Shown one piece after another: positions 23,530-35,102 of a stretch of 41,157 bases of DNA; within the stretch, counting starts at the first letter, position 1; each line of letters starts with the position of its first letter. Both the position numbers and the translations under genes were made by a program. Below the pieces are notes generated by a model. The model searched no databases, had not been told where the DNA came from, and worked only from the letters and a program-made list of their open reading frames with translations. Origin of the DNA: Phoronis australis (lineage: Eukaryota > Animalia > Phoronida); contig NMRA01000495.1 in NCBI GenBank assembly GCA_002633005.1, forward strand, positions 283,411 to 324,567, in the 5' to 3' direction.

Positions 23530-23808
23530 CTTGTATCACTAACTGATACGACTGGATTTGCTCAGTACCCTCTTTCCTTGAGTAAGTGATAGAATATCTC
23601 CCAAGATCGGAATACGGCGACTTCAGTTGCTGCCCAATGGTGAGTTCTAATATCTGGCCAATCTCTAATTTTTTCATTATTCGCAGTACATCTCCATCTT
23701 GCATTCCTTCAGCTTCACATACAAATTTTGCAGTCTCTCCTGTTCTGACGCGATTTCTTGGAAGCTCAGTAGTCAAGCTAAGGGCGCACGTGCTTGACTG
23801 GAAAACGC
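23530..23808 (-). CDS. Ig-superfamily gene exon A: end of putative signal peptide plus strands A-E of Ig domain 1 (V-like)
   Basis: Acceptor cattttattttag and donor CAAG|gtaaat; 279 nt, phase 1 to 1. Translates (G)VFQSSTCALSLTTELPRNRVRTGETAKFVCEAEG...LGRYSITYSRKEGTEQIQSYQLVIQ, showing a B-strand GETAKFVC, D-strand RYSI and E-strand YQLVI. An in-frame ATG at 23860 (MLQICSIGHLLFTHFILG...) is an alternative intronless start. Confidence 0.88.
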
Positions 23809-24124
23809 CTAAAATAAAATGTGTGAATAATAGGTGACCAATGGAACAAATCTGTAACATCCTCAATCTTTCAAATCTTCCGCTAGGTGATATTCCAAAA
23901 GTACATTCCGCCAGCCATGGAGCAAATGGTACCTTTTTACATAAAAGCAGACGAATGTTCTTATACAAGAATTTTCTAGTGGTAGTCCGGGAGCCAAATG
24001 CTGTTTTTTTTTTACTTAACCTGGATTTGCTGGATAATTTTTTCTTTGCTGTTTTATGTTGCCTAGGCATAGATAATCATGATTTAGGAGGATGGCCGTT
24101 CGAAGCCCTTGAACGTTTTTTTTT

Positions 24125-24560
24125 TAAATTTGCAAATTAAGGCCGTCATTAAGCAAAATTCTATTGTTGGTTATAATTTCGTTACTAAGCTCTGCAAGCA
24201 GATTATTTTGATGTTTTCACCCGTATATCTACGGTTAGCGAATTTAACAATGCAGGTTTTTTGGGGAATACGTAGTGAATTTGCATAACTTATGCAAATT
24301 AAGACTGCCATTATTCAAAATTTTACTTATTCTAATAGCTACATGTATGGGTCCAATCATCACAGTGAGTTATCATAGTTACACCTATGTTCCTGTGGTC
24401 CATTAGTTTAATGAAATCAGTTTGCAAGTAGGCGCATGATAATTTTGTATAATTAATGCAAATTAAGGCCACCATTATTCAAAGTTATATTTTTGCTTAT
24501 AACACCCTTACCAAGCATTACAGACAGATGACGTTACACGGCAACTTTGGGACCCACCAA
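24125..24560. repeat. Three degenerate ~163-bp tandem units ending in acagacaga; probably another HINE-like fragment
   Basis: gcaaattaag(g/a)c..cattattcaaa recurs near 24133, 24295 and 24458. Confidence 0.55.
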
Positions 24561-25738
24561 GTACCGTATCCAATTTGTGCGATAGGGAGTATGAGTTTTG
24601 TTCCTGTTATCTTTCAAGATTGACGCCAATGAGTCATTAGCAGGTAACAGAACGAGGTTTGGGGTTGAGATGATCTAAACAGGGTTTAGTAGGCCTACCC
24701 TTTTAACAAATCGAAAGAACATGTCCCTGGCAGAACCATCACTTAAGTTCATTTTTGTTATCGAAATTCTATGAAACTTGATATCTAAAGTAGTTCTGCT
24801 ACAGAAGCTATTTTAAGCCTGTTGTTATACCGGAGGAAAAACAGCACTCAGTAGTTAACAAAGGAGCAGGATGTTAACCACCAAGGTCAGATCCGGTTTC
24901 ATTGAACAGGAGAAGGCTCAAACAATGGGGTGGGGTTGTGAAGATTCTGGGGGTGTTGTGGCGAGTGTGGGGAACGTTATAGAGAGTTTTAGACTGCTGT
25001 GGCTATTGTGGAGGTGTTCTGAAGTTTGTAGCGTGTTTGTTGTGGTGTTTGGGGGATGTTGTGGCACCTACACGCTTTTATTTACATTTATCGGAGGATA
25101 GACCCCTATAAAATTAACTGGTCTGAACTTCAGGCACATTTTAGGGTTCAAGAAACATCAGTCTCTGTGGGTTGATGCCGGGGGGCAAGGCCCAATTTTA
25201 GCGTGCCCAATTTGACACTCAGCGTTTGATACAAATGAAACGTCGTTGGAGTTTTTGGATGAAAACGCTTTCCTTTTTAGCATGTGATCTTATAGTCCGA
25301 TCAAAGATGATGTACTTTATCACTAAAAAAGGTCTGTACTGGTCTACTCAGATATGTTGTTCCATTAGTCAAGCTTGACCTAAAACGTCACAGTACTGTT
25401 TCTTATGATGAATGTAGTTTGTCCTGGTGACAATAAATAATAACAATGATAATGCTAATAACAGCCGGGCATGGTTTACTTATATAACACGAAATGGTAG
25501 AAGTTCAAAATTGGGTGGCCAGAGAAGGCATAGGCCGCTAATAGCTGACCTCACTGGTTCCCTGCGTGTCCGAACACGCAGGTAACATTCTGTAGCACGC
25601 GTTCTTATCTATCACTGGTAAACTCGACAGTCATTAAAAAAAAAAAAAAAAACANGTAACAGTATAAAAAATAGAACAAAAACGACGCTGAAAACAATCA
25701 TTTTAAACACTGTTCGAGATCCACTTATCTACATTCCA

Positions 25739-25990
25739 TCACTCAAGTTTGTTCCATTGGGCCTCCTTATTTTCGCGAATTTCAAGCCAGACGTCAGACT
25801 TTGACTCTCGGATTCTCGTGTGCCACCCCTTGTCTTTCCGAATGGAGTAGGCTCTCGCAGCTAGCTTTCCTCGTTTCTGTTTCAAAACTACTGGCAAATC
25901 AGTGCGGAAAACTATGCCTTCCCTTACCTGTCTAACTAAGTGTTGATTATTCACCGCTTGGGGCGCTAGTGTTTCGACCGGTAACCATTG
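25739..25990 (-). mobile_element. LINE ORF1-like C-terminal fragment
   Basis: IVFRTDLPVVLKQKRGKLAARAYSIRKDKGWHTRIRESKSDVWLEIR resembles the DLP..L...R..L...A..LR C-terminal block of invertebrate LINE ORF1 proteins. Recognition is by pattern only. Confidence 0.45.
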
Positions 25991-27399
25991 CGGCGAATGG
26001 TAAAATCGCGGAGTGAACTCTCCTATACTCGTACACTCCTTGATAGAACCTCACATGCTCAAGTCGCGGTCAAATCAGGATGGGCATAAATAAGGAAATT
26101 TACTGTATCAACAGATTGGCCAAATAAGAATAAGATACTCATGTGTTGCTACAGTGCACACGTGCACTGTACTTGGTCTATTATTTTCCCACTGTAAATG
26201 CATGAACCAATCAGATCCCCAATGGCGCAAAATTTTCGGAAACAGCTCGATTCTAAAGGAGTCCTGTTACTGCTCTAATTATTTTCAACTTAATGAAGCT
26301 ACTTAATATAAATGTATTAAACACAATTAATGCATTGTAAAAACCAAAAGTTATGCTCTACCAACATTAGACAAAATCAGTACACCCCTTTCTTAAAAAT
26401 GAGTTAAAAGTTAAGAACAAAGGACGCAAGTTCCCATCACTTGTAACGTCGATTTTCGACATTGAAGTTGGGGAGGAACATCAGTCTGTCTACAGCAACA
26501 CGGCATCGTACGAAGGCGACGATTTTCGAAATTTGATTAGTTTTTGTTGTATGTCTTTTTTCCCTACGGTTCAGGGTTACTTCTGAATCCAGGAACAAGA
26601 ACTGAAAGAGGCAGGGCTCGTGATAACATTGGTCTTGGAGAACGGTAACATTTATGTAAGGTGTCACAACTGTCATCGATATTGTCATCTCCTCTGTTTT
26701 CATACCAACCTTCCCATATGAAAACTTGAATGAAGAGGACCTTCAGTAGGTCTACATTAGTGAGCACGGAAAACTGTGTAACTTATGTTGAATTATTCAA
26801 CGGTTCTTTTAAGAACCAATTCACGCTATACCTAAGGCTCATGCACAGTGCAATTAACTCAACACTTCCCAGAAGAACTGCTCACTTGAGAATGTTAAAT
26901 AAAAACACGCAAAGGTTAAACTAGTCAAATCGTCGCAGTGGCGCATTATTTAATTGGATCAAATTGATATTTTTCTTAATCAAAAACGTTATACATTGTA
27001 TAAGTATCTTTTGCACTCACATATACTCCTTGGAATTTGTTCCCAAACATGCTTTTCAAATGACTTGACAGTCAACTGCTGAAAGTTACTACATCAGTAC
27101 AACACCTAACATTTTTCGTCAAGTGGTTCCAGTACAACTCCCTGTTTGTTGTTTAATCGAGTTTGTCCCATGTTGTTGTATTGGGCCGTGTAACCGTCAA
27201 TAGGCCCCCCTCTGACATTATAGGGGTAGCTTCCAAATAGTAAAACATTGCAATGGGCAAGGACCAATACCTTTACATTCTTGAAAACTTCAATACCAAA
27301 GAATTTAATTGGAAAGTGAACAGCGTGACTGAGTTTTCCCTGCCGAGCCTGGGTAGCCTAACAATACTTGACGAGGAGCTACAATCGATAACATTTACC

Positions 27400-27627
27400 A
27401 ATCTTACCCGAAAATATTTCCCTTCGTCGCGACGAATGGCAACTACCCAACGCTTCCGAACATCTGCGTCCTTCCGGAAAGTAAAAAAAGAGAGTCGATG
27501 GTCTGCATTATTCCTATCGCCGTTCGAGCAATGCGGGACACAACAATGCCGATTAGCCATTGTTTACTGGAGCTATCGTAGCGAGCCTCGTTTTGGAACG
27601 CGCCTCCCGTCGTTGTGAATAGGGTCT
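27400..27627 (-). mobile_element. 5' end of an ISL2EU/Harbinger-group element with a THAP first exon
   Basis: Minus-strand terminus AT|AGACCCTATTCACA, about 70 bp before MANRHCCVPHCSN...LSFFTFRKDADVRKRWVVAIRRDEGKYFR, followed by a gtaaga donor. Confidence 0.65.
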
Positions 27628-27629
27628 AT

Positions 27630-29056
27630 GTTCCAAGTGCTCAGATCTGCTCGCCTGCTGTGGAAGTGGCAAACTCACTGACGTCGAACGCCGTCGAAAT
27701 ACCGTCGACGGTTAGAGAAATACAAACGTCGGGGGATGGACGCTGTCTTTTCCGCAGTTTAGTAATCTCTATGGAGATGGATCTCCAAGACGCTGAGAGA
27801 GAGCAGCATGGACGACCATTAGATCCTCTCATGGATTTATATGAGACCACCCAAGCTGATGGCCTGAGAGGGAAAGTGATCACTTACATGTGCCAGAACA
27901 TCGATGAATACGAGGGGTTGGATACGGAGGTAATCAATGGGAACCTACCGAGGGAACTGCGATACAACTCGATAAAAGAACGCATAGCTGCCATGACTGA
28001 CCTGACGTGCGTGGCAGGAGAACTAGAGTATGCGACATTAAGCAAAGTGATTGAAACACTTAGAGTGCTAAATTTTTACAATGCTGTTATCGCACAATAC
28101 GGAATCGGAACGCTTGAGAAGGAGCCCCTCATTGTACGATTTACAAGGATTGGTGACATGGTCACTATACAAGTGTTCTGCAGGACAAGACAGTTCTAGA
28201 GTAAGAGGAAATCGAAGCCATCATAAGACAACTGTCGCCATTGCCGAGCTCATCTCGGCACTCGACATCGAGGGCAGAAACAGCGTTGTCATCACTTCAT
28301 CACCCTACAAGAGAAAGTTAGAAGGAAAAAAAGGCGAAAAAGACATCACAGTGAGCGAAGGAAAAAGCACAGAAAAAAAACCGCAAATGTAAACCCCAAG
28401 AGTTTGACGAGATGTGTCTGGTGTGCGGAGAGTCATACAGTTGTTCAAGACCTCGGGAAGTGTGGCTGCAGCGCCAGAAGTGTTACAACTGGGCACATGA
28501 GGCCTACACACCTGGTTTGCCCATCTTCGTGTGTCCCACCTGCGAATAATTATAACGACTGTTACTGTGCTACGATAAATTTAAGGTAGTTGTTGTGGTT
28601 TGTTGAATAAAGTAATGCGCATTTCTTATGATGTGCGTTTTTCTATAAATACACCAGCTTGTTAGCATGCAGTACTTGACGATTGACATTTTAGTGAACA
28701 TAACACAACTTAACCACACATAAATTGATATTTTTAAACTTTTATAGAAAGTTTATTTAACTGTGCATACTTGGGGTACTGTGTCAATCAGACATGGGGC
28801 ATAACGTCCATGACAGGCCTCTTGCCTCCTGTGAAAAGGCGTTTTGCCCCGGGCAAGGGGCAAAAAGGCCAAATTTAATTTTTTAGTTTTTGATCTGTGA
28901 TTTTTTTACGGTTAAGAATACCGGCGTATGTTCGACATATAATGTAGAGTCATCTAAACCAAATCAAAGGCAGTTATTTCGAAGTATTTCTGAAACCTAT
29001 TGAGGAAGAAAAACAGGTTTTTGATTAACAGGGGAGTTTTTCCCCATGTTACTCTA
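27630..29056 (+). mobile_element. 3' part of a pogo-like (Tc1/mariner superfamily) transposon carrying an OTU-like domain and a PHD finger; pseudogenised
   Basis: GDGRCLFRS...AGELE (ORF 27615-28199) with an out-of-frame GHY at 28160-28168. Then VITSSPYKRKLE and the degenerate PHD DEMCLVCGESY...EVWLQRQKCYNWAHEAY...FVCPTCE* (28406-28549). Subterminal ttgcccc/ggggcaaa motifs and terminus ggggagtttttccccatgttactc|TA. Confidence 0.65.
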
Positions 29057-30387
29057 CTCTTTTGCAGGTTATTGTGAAATTTTACAGTGTTATATAAATG
29101 TGGCAACAACTGTCTACGACGTTTGGACGACATCTCTGACTACTGTTGCGCCCCTAAGTGGCCACTTTAGTTTTTACGTCTGTCTGTTTCTTTTGGGTTC
29201 CTTGAAGGATTTTCGTGATATTTGACTAACAAGTTTCTGTTATGAAGGCGACAGCACTGTGCAGGTCAAATTGTCACATCGTACCAAATTGCCACAGCTT
29301 CAAAACTCTGACCCTTTGGGCCAGGGTTGCAGACCCTAATTGTCTAAACAATTTTGTGTTTCTGTGTCAGTTTGGGCCTGCACCATAGTACAGGCTCCAA
29401 TTGNTCAAAATTTTACGCTAGTGTGAATAATTTTGAAAAAAATGACAATCACTCATCCCTATCCAAGTCCACTGACACTGACTGAAGAGCAACAATTTCT
29501 TCGACTTCTCACCGAGTGATTCAGCCCTATCGAAGATTGTTCTCTCTTGCAGTAATATTCAGCTGCTTGCACCCCGATCCACTGGCTTTGCAGATACAAG
29601 ACATTGTTGTGCGATTAAGCTAATCCGGACTGTTTTCTTCAAGTTCTGTTTAAATTGTTCCAATCCAACGACTTGGAATCCAACGTAACCGTATTCGCGA
29701 TGGGTCGATCATGAAACTCATCTGGCGACGAGTTGCTGTCGTCATACGACTCGTCGCTGTCACGAAATTCCTCCTTGTCTCCATCAACAAATGTGCTCTT
29801 TGATGAGTTCAGTTAATTCTCGCTGATCTTGATACGGCAGTCAGAGGCAAGAGTTAATCACTGAGATATCAGCTACACAGCGACCAGGCATCTTACTGTC
29901 TTGAAAACATGCCGTGACCTCGCGACCCCACAATTTCACACCCACTTAACTAGTTCTAGCGAATGAGGTCAGCGATGCATTGGGTTAAAAGGTCGTTGCT
30001 AGCTAAAAGACTGGTGAGTGACACTTCTGTTAAAAATACCCCGAATGCAAAAAGTGAAATAACGACTGATGATTGTACGAAAAACTCAAAGAGCTTACTA
30101 CATGCATAATGAGCCGAGTTTGACCTTTCTGTTGATGTGTTTACGAGCGAATTGGGTCATCGGAAGACTGAGCAATGAGGACACGAAAACCGGCAAATTT
30201 CGATGAAAATTTCACGAGATATGCAAAATGAAATAAATAAGATTTAAAATGAAGTTTGCTTGTTTTAAAGTATTGTTTTGTGAAGTAGAATGAATAAATA
30301 ATCATAATCTGCAATAAAAAATTTGACCTAATTTTAACCGATAGCGACTGTTTGCAGTCTGGTCGGGAAATAGAGTTTCCGACTTAA

Positions 30388-31146
30388 AGAGTTCCCACCA
30401 TGACCCTGTGTCTCAAAAAGGAATTTTATTATTACATCTTAACAGATTTAATAGCCTTTAGTACACCTGTTGCTACGAAACAATCTAAAAATTTTAAAAA
30501 TATATTTTTCTGTTATCGAGTTTGTACGCAATGGGTGGAAGACCGCCTCAGCCGTTGTTGTTTTACCAGTGCGATACTGAGGAGTTGTGAAGAAAGTCCG
30601 CGTGGAGCCGTCTTTTTCAGACATGAAAAGGTGCGTTTGTGGAAACTGTGGTAACAACAACTTGACTGTGAACGTCTTAGTGTTCAAATTTCCTAAATAC
30701 GTGAAAGTTGCACAAAAATGGCATCGGTTTGTCATGGGCGGCGCACCATAGGGGCCTAGGGTAGGGCTATAGCCCCCCAGTTTTTCAGGGCTAAGCCGCC
30801 CATGGTCTATAGGCGGTGCAACACAGGAGGGCTGGGGGGGGTTAGCTTTTTTCAGTGCTGCGCCACCCATGATTGTGCGTCGAACAAGAGTGTGGAGTGT
30901 CAGTGTGGAACATGAGATTCAGTTTGGCGTGAGCCACACTTTGATCCGCATATTTCAAAGAATCGTGTTTCGACCGCACACATAAGCGGCGTTACAATGA
31001 AGGACTCACCACCAAGTAAGTGCATTTGCAAATTTTGTAAATAAAGAACAAACTACTTCCATTCTAAGGCGAGTGATTTTATGGTATTCGATTCATATTG
31101 GCTAACTGAAACCTGAAAAAGTAAGAAAATGCATGGTGGGAACTCT
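30388..31146. mobile_element. Kolobok-type non-autonomous element with a perfect 15-bp TIR
   Basis: TTAA|agagttcccaccatg ... catggtgggaactct|TTAA. Confidence 0.85.
30733..30871. mobile_element. GC-rich MITE nested in the Kolobok element
   Basis: TIR catgggcggcgcacca ... tgctgcgccacccatg; flanks tttgt/attgt (5-bp TSD with one mismatch). Confidence 0.75.
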
Positions 31147-31859
31147 TTAAGACTCATTTTGTGGTGGTTGATTATCCTAGTTCACTCAGTCGTGTTTGCC
31201 CGAACTCCAAGATTTCAACGATATCAAAATATCGTCGAAGTAGCAATTTACCGCATGGTGAAATGAGTAATTATCAGGTGAACGGTGACGAGTACTAACT
31301 AATGAGTGCGCTGAAAAACTAGTAGACGCTCATCGGTTTACTGACCGACTTGGTCACCAGGGTCATATTCATTGAATATATAGTTTTACCCGCATTTAGG
31401 CCGAGCAACCACAACAGCGTAGATTTTGTGGACGCGTTCATCTTAATTCTTACGTGTTGACTCAACTTCGAATACAAAGATTTATTTTCCATACAAATTC
31501 GCCACTCATCAGGGACATACACTTTCTGGTTCATGAACTCTTGTAACCTGTGGCAAATTTTACACTGTCCGTGTGACGTCAGCAGCAGCAGCGGCAGCGA
31601 CAGCGGCAGCAGAACGTAGGTCAAGGTGCTTGGTCAAGATTCTCCATTCTGACCTCCTCTGTGCTGGCTGGTCGTGACCTTACTCTTGCGGTTGTAAGTA
31701 TTCGCGCAAACTAAACCACGATTGTAGATGCGCATAGCACCGAATATGGGGGGAGGTCGGGAGGGGGGCAAACCCCAGCTGCTGTCCAGGCTGGTCAAGA
31801 GAGAACCATCGGCGCTAGTTTAATCTTCCAGCGATTCCTGATGGTATCCCGTTCAGATT

Positions 31860-32420
31860 ACTTGTCTCTTGACAGGAAATGGTGAGCTTCGAGCTCAGTC
31901 CATACCCACCGCTCCCCTTTGAGGACAACCTGATCTTGAGGAAGGCTGACAAACCTCAGGTGGCTCAAGCCCTTTTATAACCACTGTTCCAAGGCCCATG
32001 CACGTGATGGAGCACAAAACTCCACACCATCAGTACGTCTCCAGACTGAAAGGTATGTGCTTGATGCGGGATCTTTGCTCCACAAGCTCAAATGGAAGAA
32101 GGGAGATACGTACGGAAAAATTGCCGGAGCGTATGCTGACTTCACGGCAAAGCACTATGAGGCAGCCACTGTTGTCTTTGATGGCTATGATGCAGTTCCT
32201 TCGATAAAGGAAAACACTCGGCAGAGACGGCGACAGGCCAGACGCTATCCGACTGTGAACTTCACCGGAAAAACGGAATTTGCTGGTTGAGAGAGATGAA
32301 TTCCTATCCATCGGCAGTAACATGCAACAGCTGATCGCCTTAATAAGTGACCAGGTGCAGAAAGTGTGATGCACAGCCGCTCAGGGTGAAGGGGGATGCT
32401 GGTGTGTGTATGAAAACCTC
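31860..32420 (+). mobile_element. Academ XPG/PIN-like nuclease domain fragment, degenerate
   Basis: FELSPYPPLPFEDNLILRKADK...YVLDAGSLLHKLKWKKGDTYGKIAGAYADFTAKHYEAATVVFDGYDAVPSIKENTRQRR, with stops and frameshifts. Confidence 0.7.
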
Positions 32421-32494
32421 TTTCAAACACAACTCTGTGTTACGGTTTTACGTGGGTTTATTCTAGAGATCTACAAGATACATTTAACGGCGTA

Positions 32495-32779
32495 CTTTTC
32501 ATTCTTCACTACCGCTAGCCACTTTAGAAGCATTACGGGCTCTCGAGGAAACCAACGTATACCCGCTTTCCTCGCAGCTTCATAGTTCACACAAGTGGAA
32601 ACGATACACCAAACTCTAGTGGCATTCACTCTGCGGAAGAACTGCGTCGTTTCTCACTTTCCTCACAGGTAAACGCGACACCTCTCGGCGAGGTATGATC
32701 GACCGTATGCGAGGTGATGTAGACAAAGACCGATTAAGACGGTAAAAAAAAAACTAAATAAATCGGGTGGCATTCTTCT
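32495..32779 (-). mobile_element. Truncated copy of Kolobok family K1 with a THAP remnant
   Basis: Ends ggtggcattcttct|TTAA. Minus strand reads WCIVSTCVNYEAARKAGIRWFPREPVMLLKWLAVVKNE, homologous to 12420-12711. Confidence 0.72.
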
Positions 32780-33423
32780 TTAAGGCATTAAAATTGTCAA
32801 GTTACACCACACATATGTTTTTTACTCTTGTTGGACTCATTTTAGTATGTGATTTTAAAGTCAGGGGGTTACAACGAGATATAAAAATTCTCTCAAGACG
32901 AGTACCTGTTCACAGATTTAAAAACGCTACCATGGGCAGAACGTGAGACCACATCTTTTGCAATACGGTGAACAGCGTAGTTAAAGCAGGCGTTAGGACA
33001 CCCCATATGTATTACGAATATCCATCTCTACTTACGTGATACGCAAGTTCCACATGACTTCGGGCACTTTTGTCTTACTTCTTTGCTAGATTTGCAAGAC
33101 ACTTTCGCAAGAACATTGCAATCTGGTTCAAAATCACAGCAGCCTGCAAACATATCCAGATATGAATGGTTCGCTATTATCATTTATCCGTCTGTGGTTG
33201 CTTAAACTATTACTTGCACGCTCATGGACATCATGCCGACAATGCCTATAAATACATGTACATGTACAAACATCCTTTAGTTGTGTAACGGATTTTACGT
33301 GTTTATTACTGCTGTCGGGAATAAACTTGATCTGTATAGACAATTCTGTCAACCTTTGTGGATAGTGAGTAAAGACTTTACACTCCATCTCGTGTCCTGC
33401 TCATTTCGTTCATCTATGTATTA

Positions 33424-35102
33424 CATCGGCGGATTTAGGGGGGAAGGCATGGGCCCCGCACCCGCACCCCCCTTGCTTGTCGCAAAAAAATAAAACAGCA
33501 CGAACAAATAATTATTGTGTTTATTAATTAACCCCGTTAATTAACATTATACGGCTGAAACAAGACTNCCCCGCCGTATCCCAGGCGACCGGCAGTAGCG
33601 CAGTGCACTACGACTCCGTTTCCTTCGTCTGCTGTACTGTGCAGTGAAGAAAATTACTTCATTTTTTAAAGAAAACGGAATCTGAGTAATGATGAAAAAA
33701 CAAAAGCTGTTGGTTAGATGTGACTTTCGAAAGCTTAGTGATTCACTCAGAGACGCATGATTCTCTCTTCGTCAAACCTTTAACTTAAGGAGATTTCCAA
33801 AGCAATCGCGTCAGTAATGCCCACACAAAAACGGATTTGGTCTTTCGGGCAATTGAAGACTATTTAAATGCAACAAATTTCGTTACGAACTGATTGCATA
33901 AAATAAAAAAACGTGTAATAAGCATTAAAAAATGAAGTAGGTTTCCTGCACAAACGCTGTGGAACATGAGCAAGTACATTGTAGGTCTCGTAGAATGAAA
34001 TTGCGAGTGAAATCGTGTTGGTGCAGTTGTAAAGCACGCTTGCTCTATCAGCCACGTCGAGCGTTTGAGTCCGCGGAAGCTGTAGTTTTTCCAATTTTCC
34101 ACGTTCTCTGTGTTTTTATTTATTTTGCCTCCTTTTTTCTTAAATAATATCTCAGGAATCAAGGAAAATGCTTGTTTTTATAGGAAAAACAAAATAGTTT
34201 CCCGGGTTGGATGGTGGTAATTCCCCTCCCGACCTCCACCCATTCGGTGCTGTGCGCATCTACAATCGTGCTTTGCGCAAATGTTTACATACAAAATGTT
34301 GGGCTCCCTCCTGGCTATCGTAGACCTTCCCACTTTCCGCCGTATCCCAGGCGACCGGCAGTAGCGCAGTGCACTACGACTCCGTTTCCGTCGCCTGCTG
34401 TACTGTGCAGGGAAGAAAATTACTTCATTTTTTAAAGAAAACGGAATCTGAGTAATGATGAAAAAACAAAAGCTTTTGGTAAGATGTGACTTTTAATCGA
34501 AAGCTTAGTGAATCACTGAGACGCATGATTCTCTCTTCGTCAAACCTTTAACTTAAGAAGATTTCCAAAGCAATCGCGTCAGTATTGCCCACACAAAAAC
34601 GGATTTGGTCTTTCGGGCAATTGAAGACTATTTAAATGCAACAAATTTCGTTACGAACTGATTGCATAAAATAAAATACGTGTAATAAGCATTAAAAAAT
34701 GAAGTAGGTTTCCCGCACAAACGCTGTGGAATATGAGCAAATACATTGTAGGTCTCGTAGAATGAAATTGCGAGTGAAATCGTGTTGGTGCAGTGGTAAA
34801 GCACGCTTGCTCTATCAGCCACGTCGAGCGTTCGAGTCCGCGGAAGCTGTAGTTTTTCCAATTTGACACGTTCTCTGTGTTTTTATTTATTTTGCCTCCT
34901 TTTTTCTTGGATAATATCTCAGGAATCAAGGAAAATGCTTGTTTTTATAGGAAAAACAAAATATTTTCCTTGGTTGGATGGTGGTAATTCCCCTCCCGAC
35001 CTCCACCCATTCGGTGCTGTGCGCATCTACAATCGTGCTTTGCGCAAATGTTTACATACAAAATGTTGGGCTCCCCCTTGGCTATCGTAGACCTTCCCAC
35101 TT
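33424..35102 (+). repeat. DNA-element copy with a 767-bp internal tandem duplication (33570-34336 and 34337-35102)
   Basis: Begins catcggcggatttagggg. Both units start ccgccgtatcccaggcgacc and end gctatcgtagaccttcccactt, with scattered SNPs and no N at the junction. Confidence 0.88.

Noticed and set aside
23861-24070. Basic N-terminal extension of the 182-aa ORF (MPRQHKTAKKK...)
   Set aside because: It reads through A/T-rich, repeat-like intronic DNA upstream of a strong acceptor and is inconsistent with a secreted Ig protein.
29600-29990. Possible piggyBac 5' end (ttaaccc terminus plus acidic DSDESYDDS stretch on the minus strand)
   Set aside because: No matching second TIR or catalytic motifs were found; the evidence is too weak.
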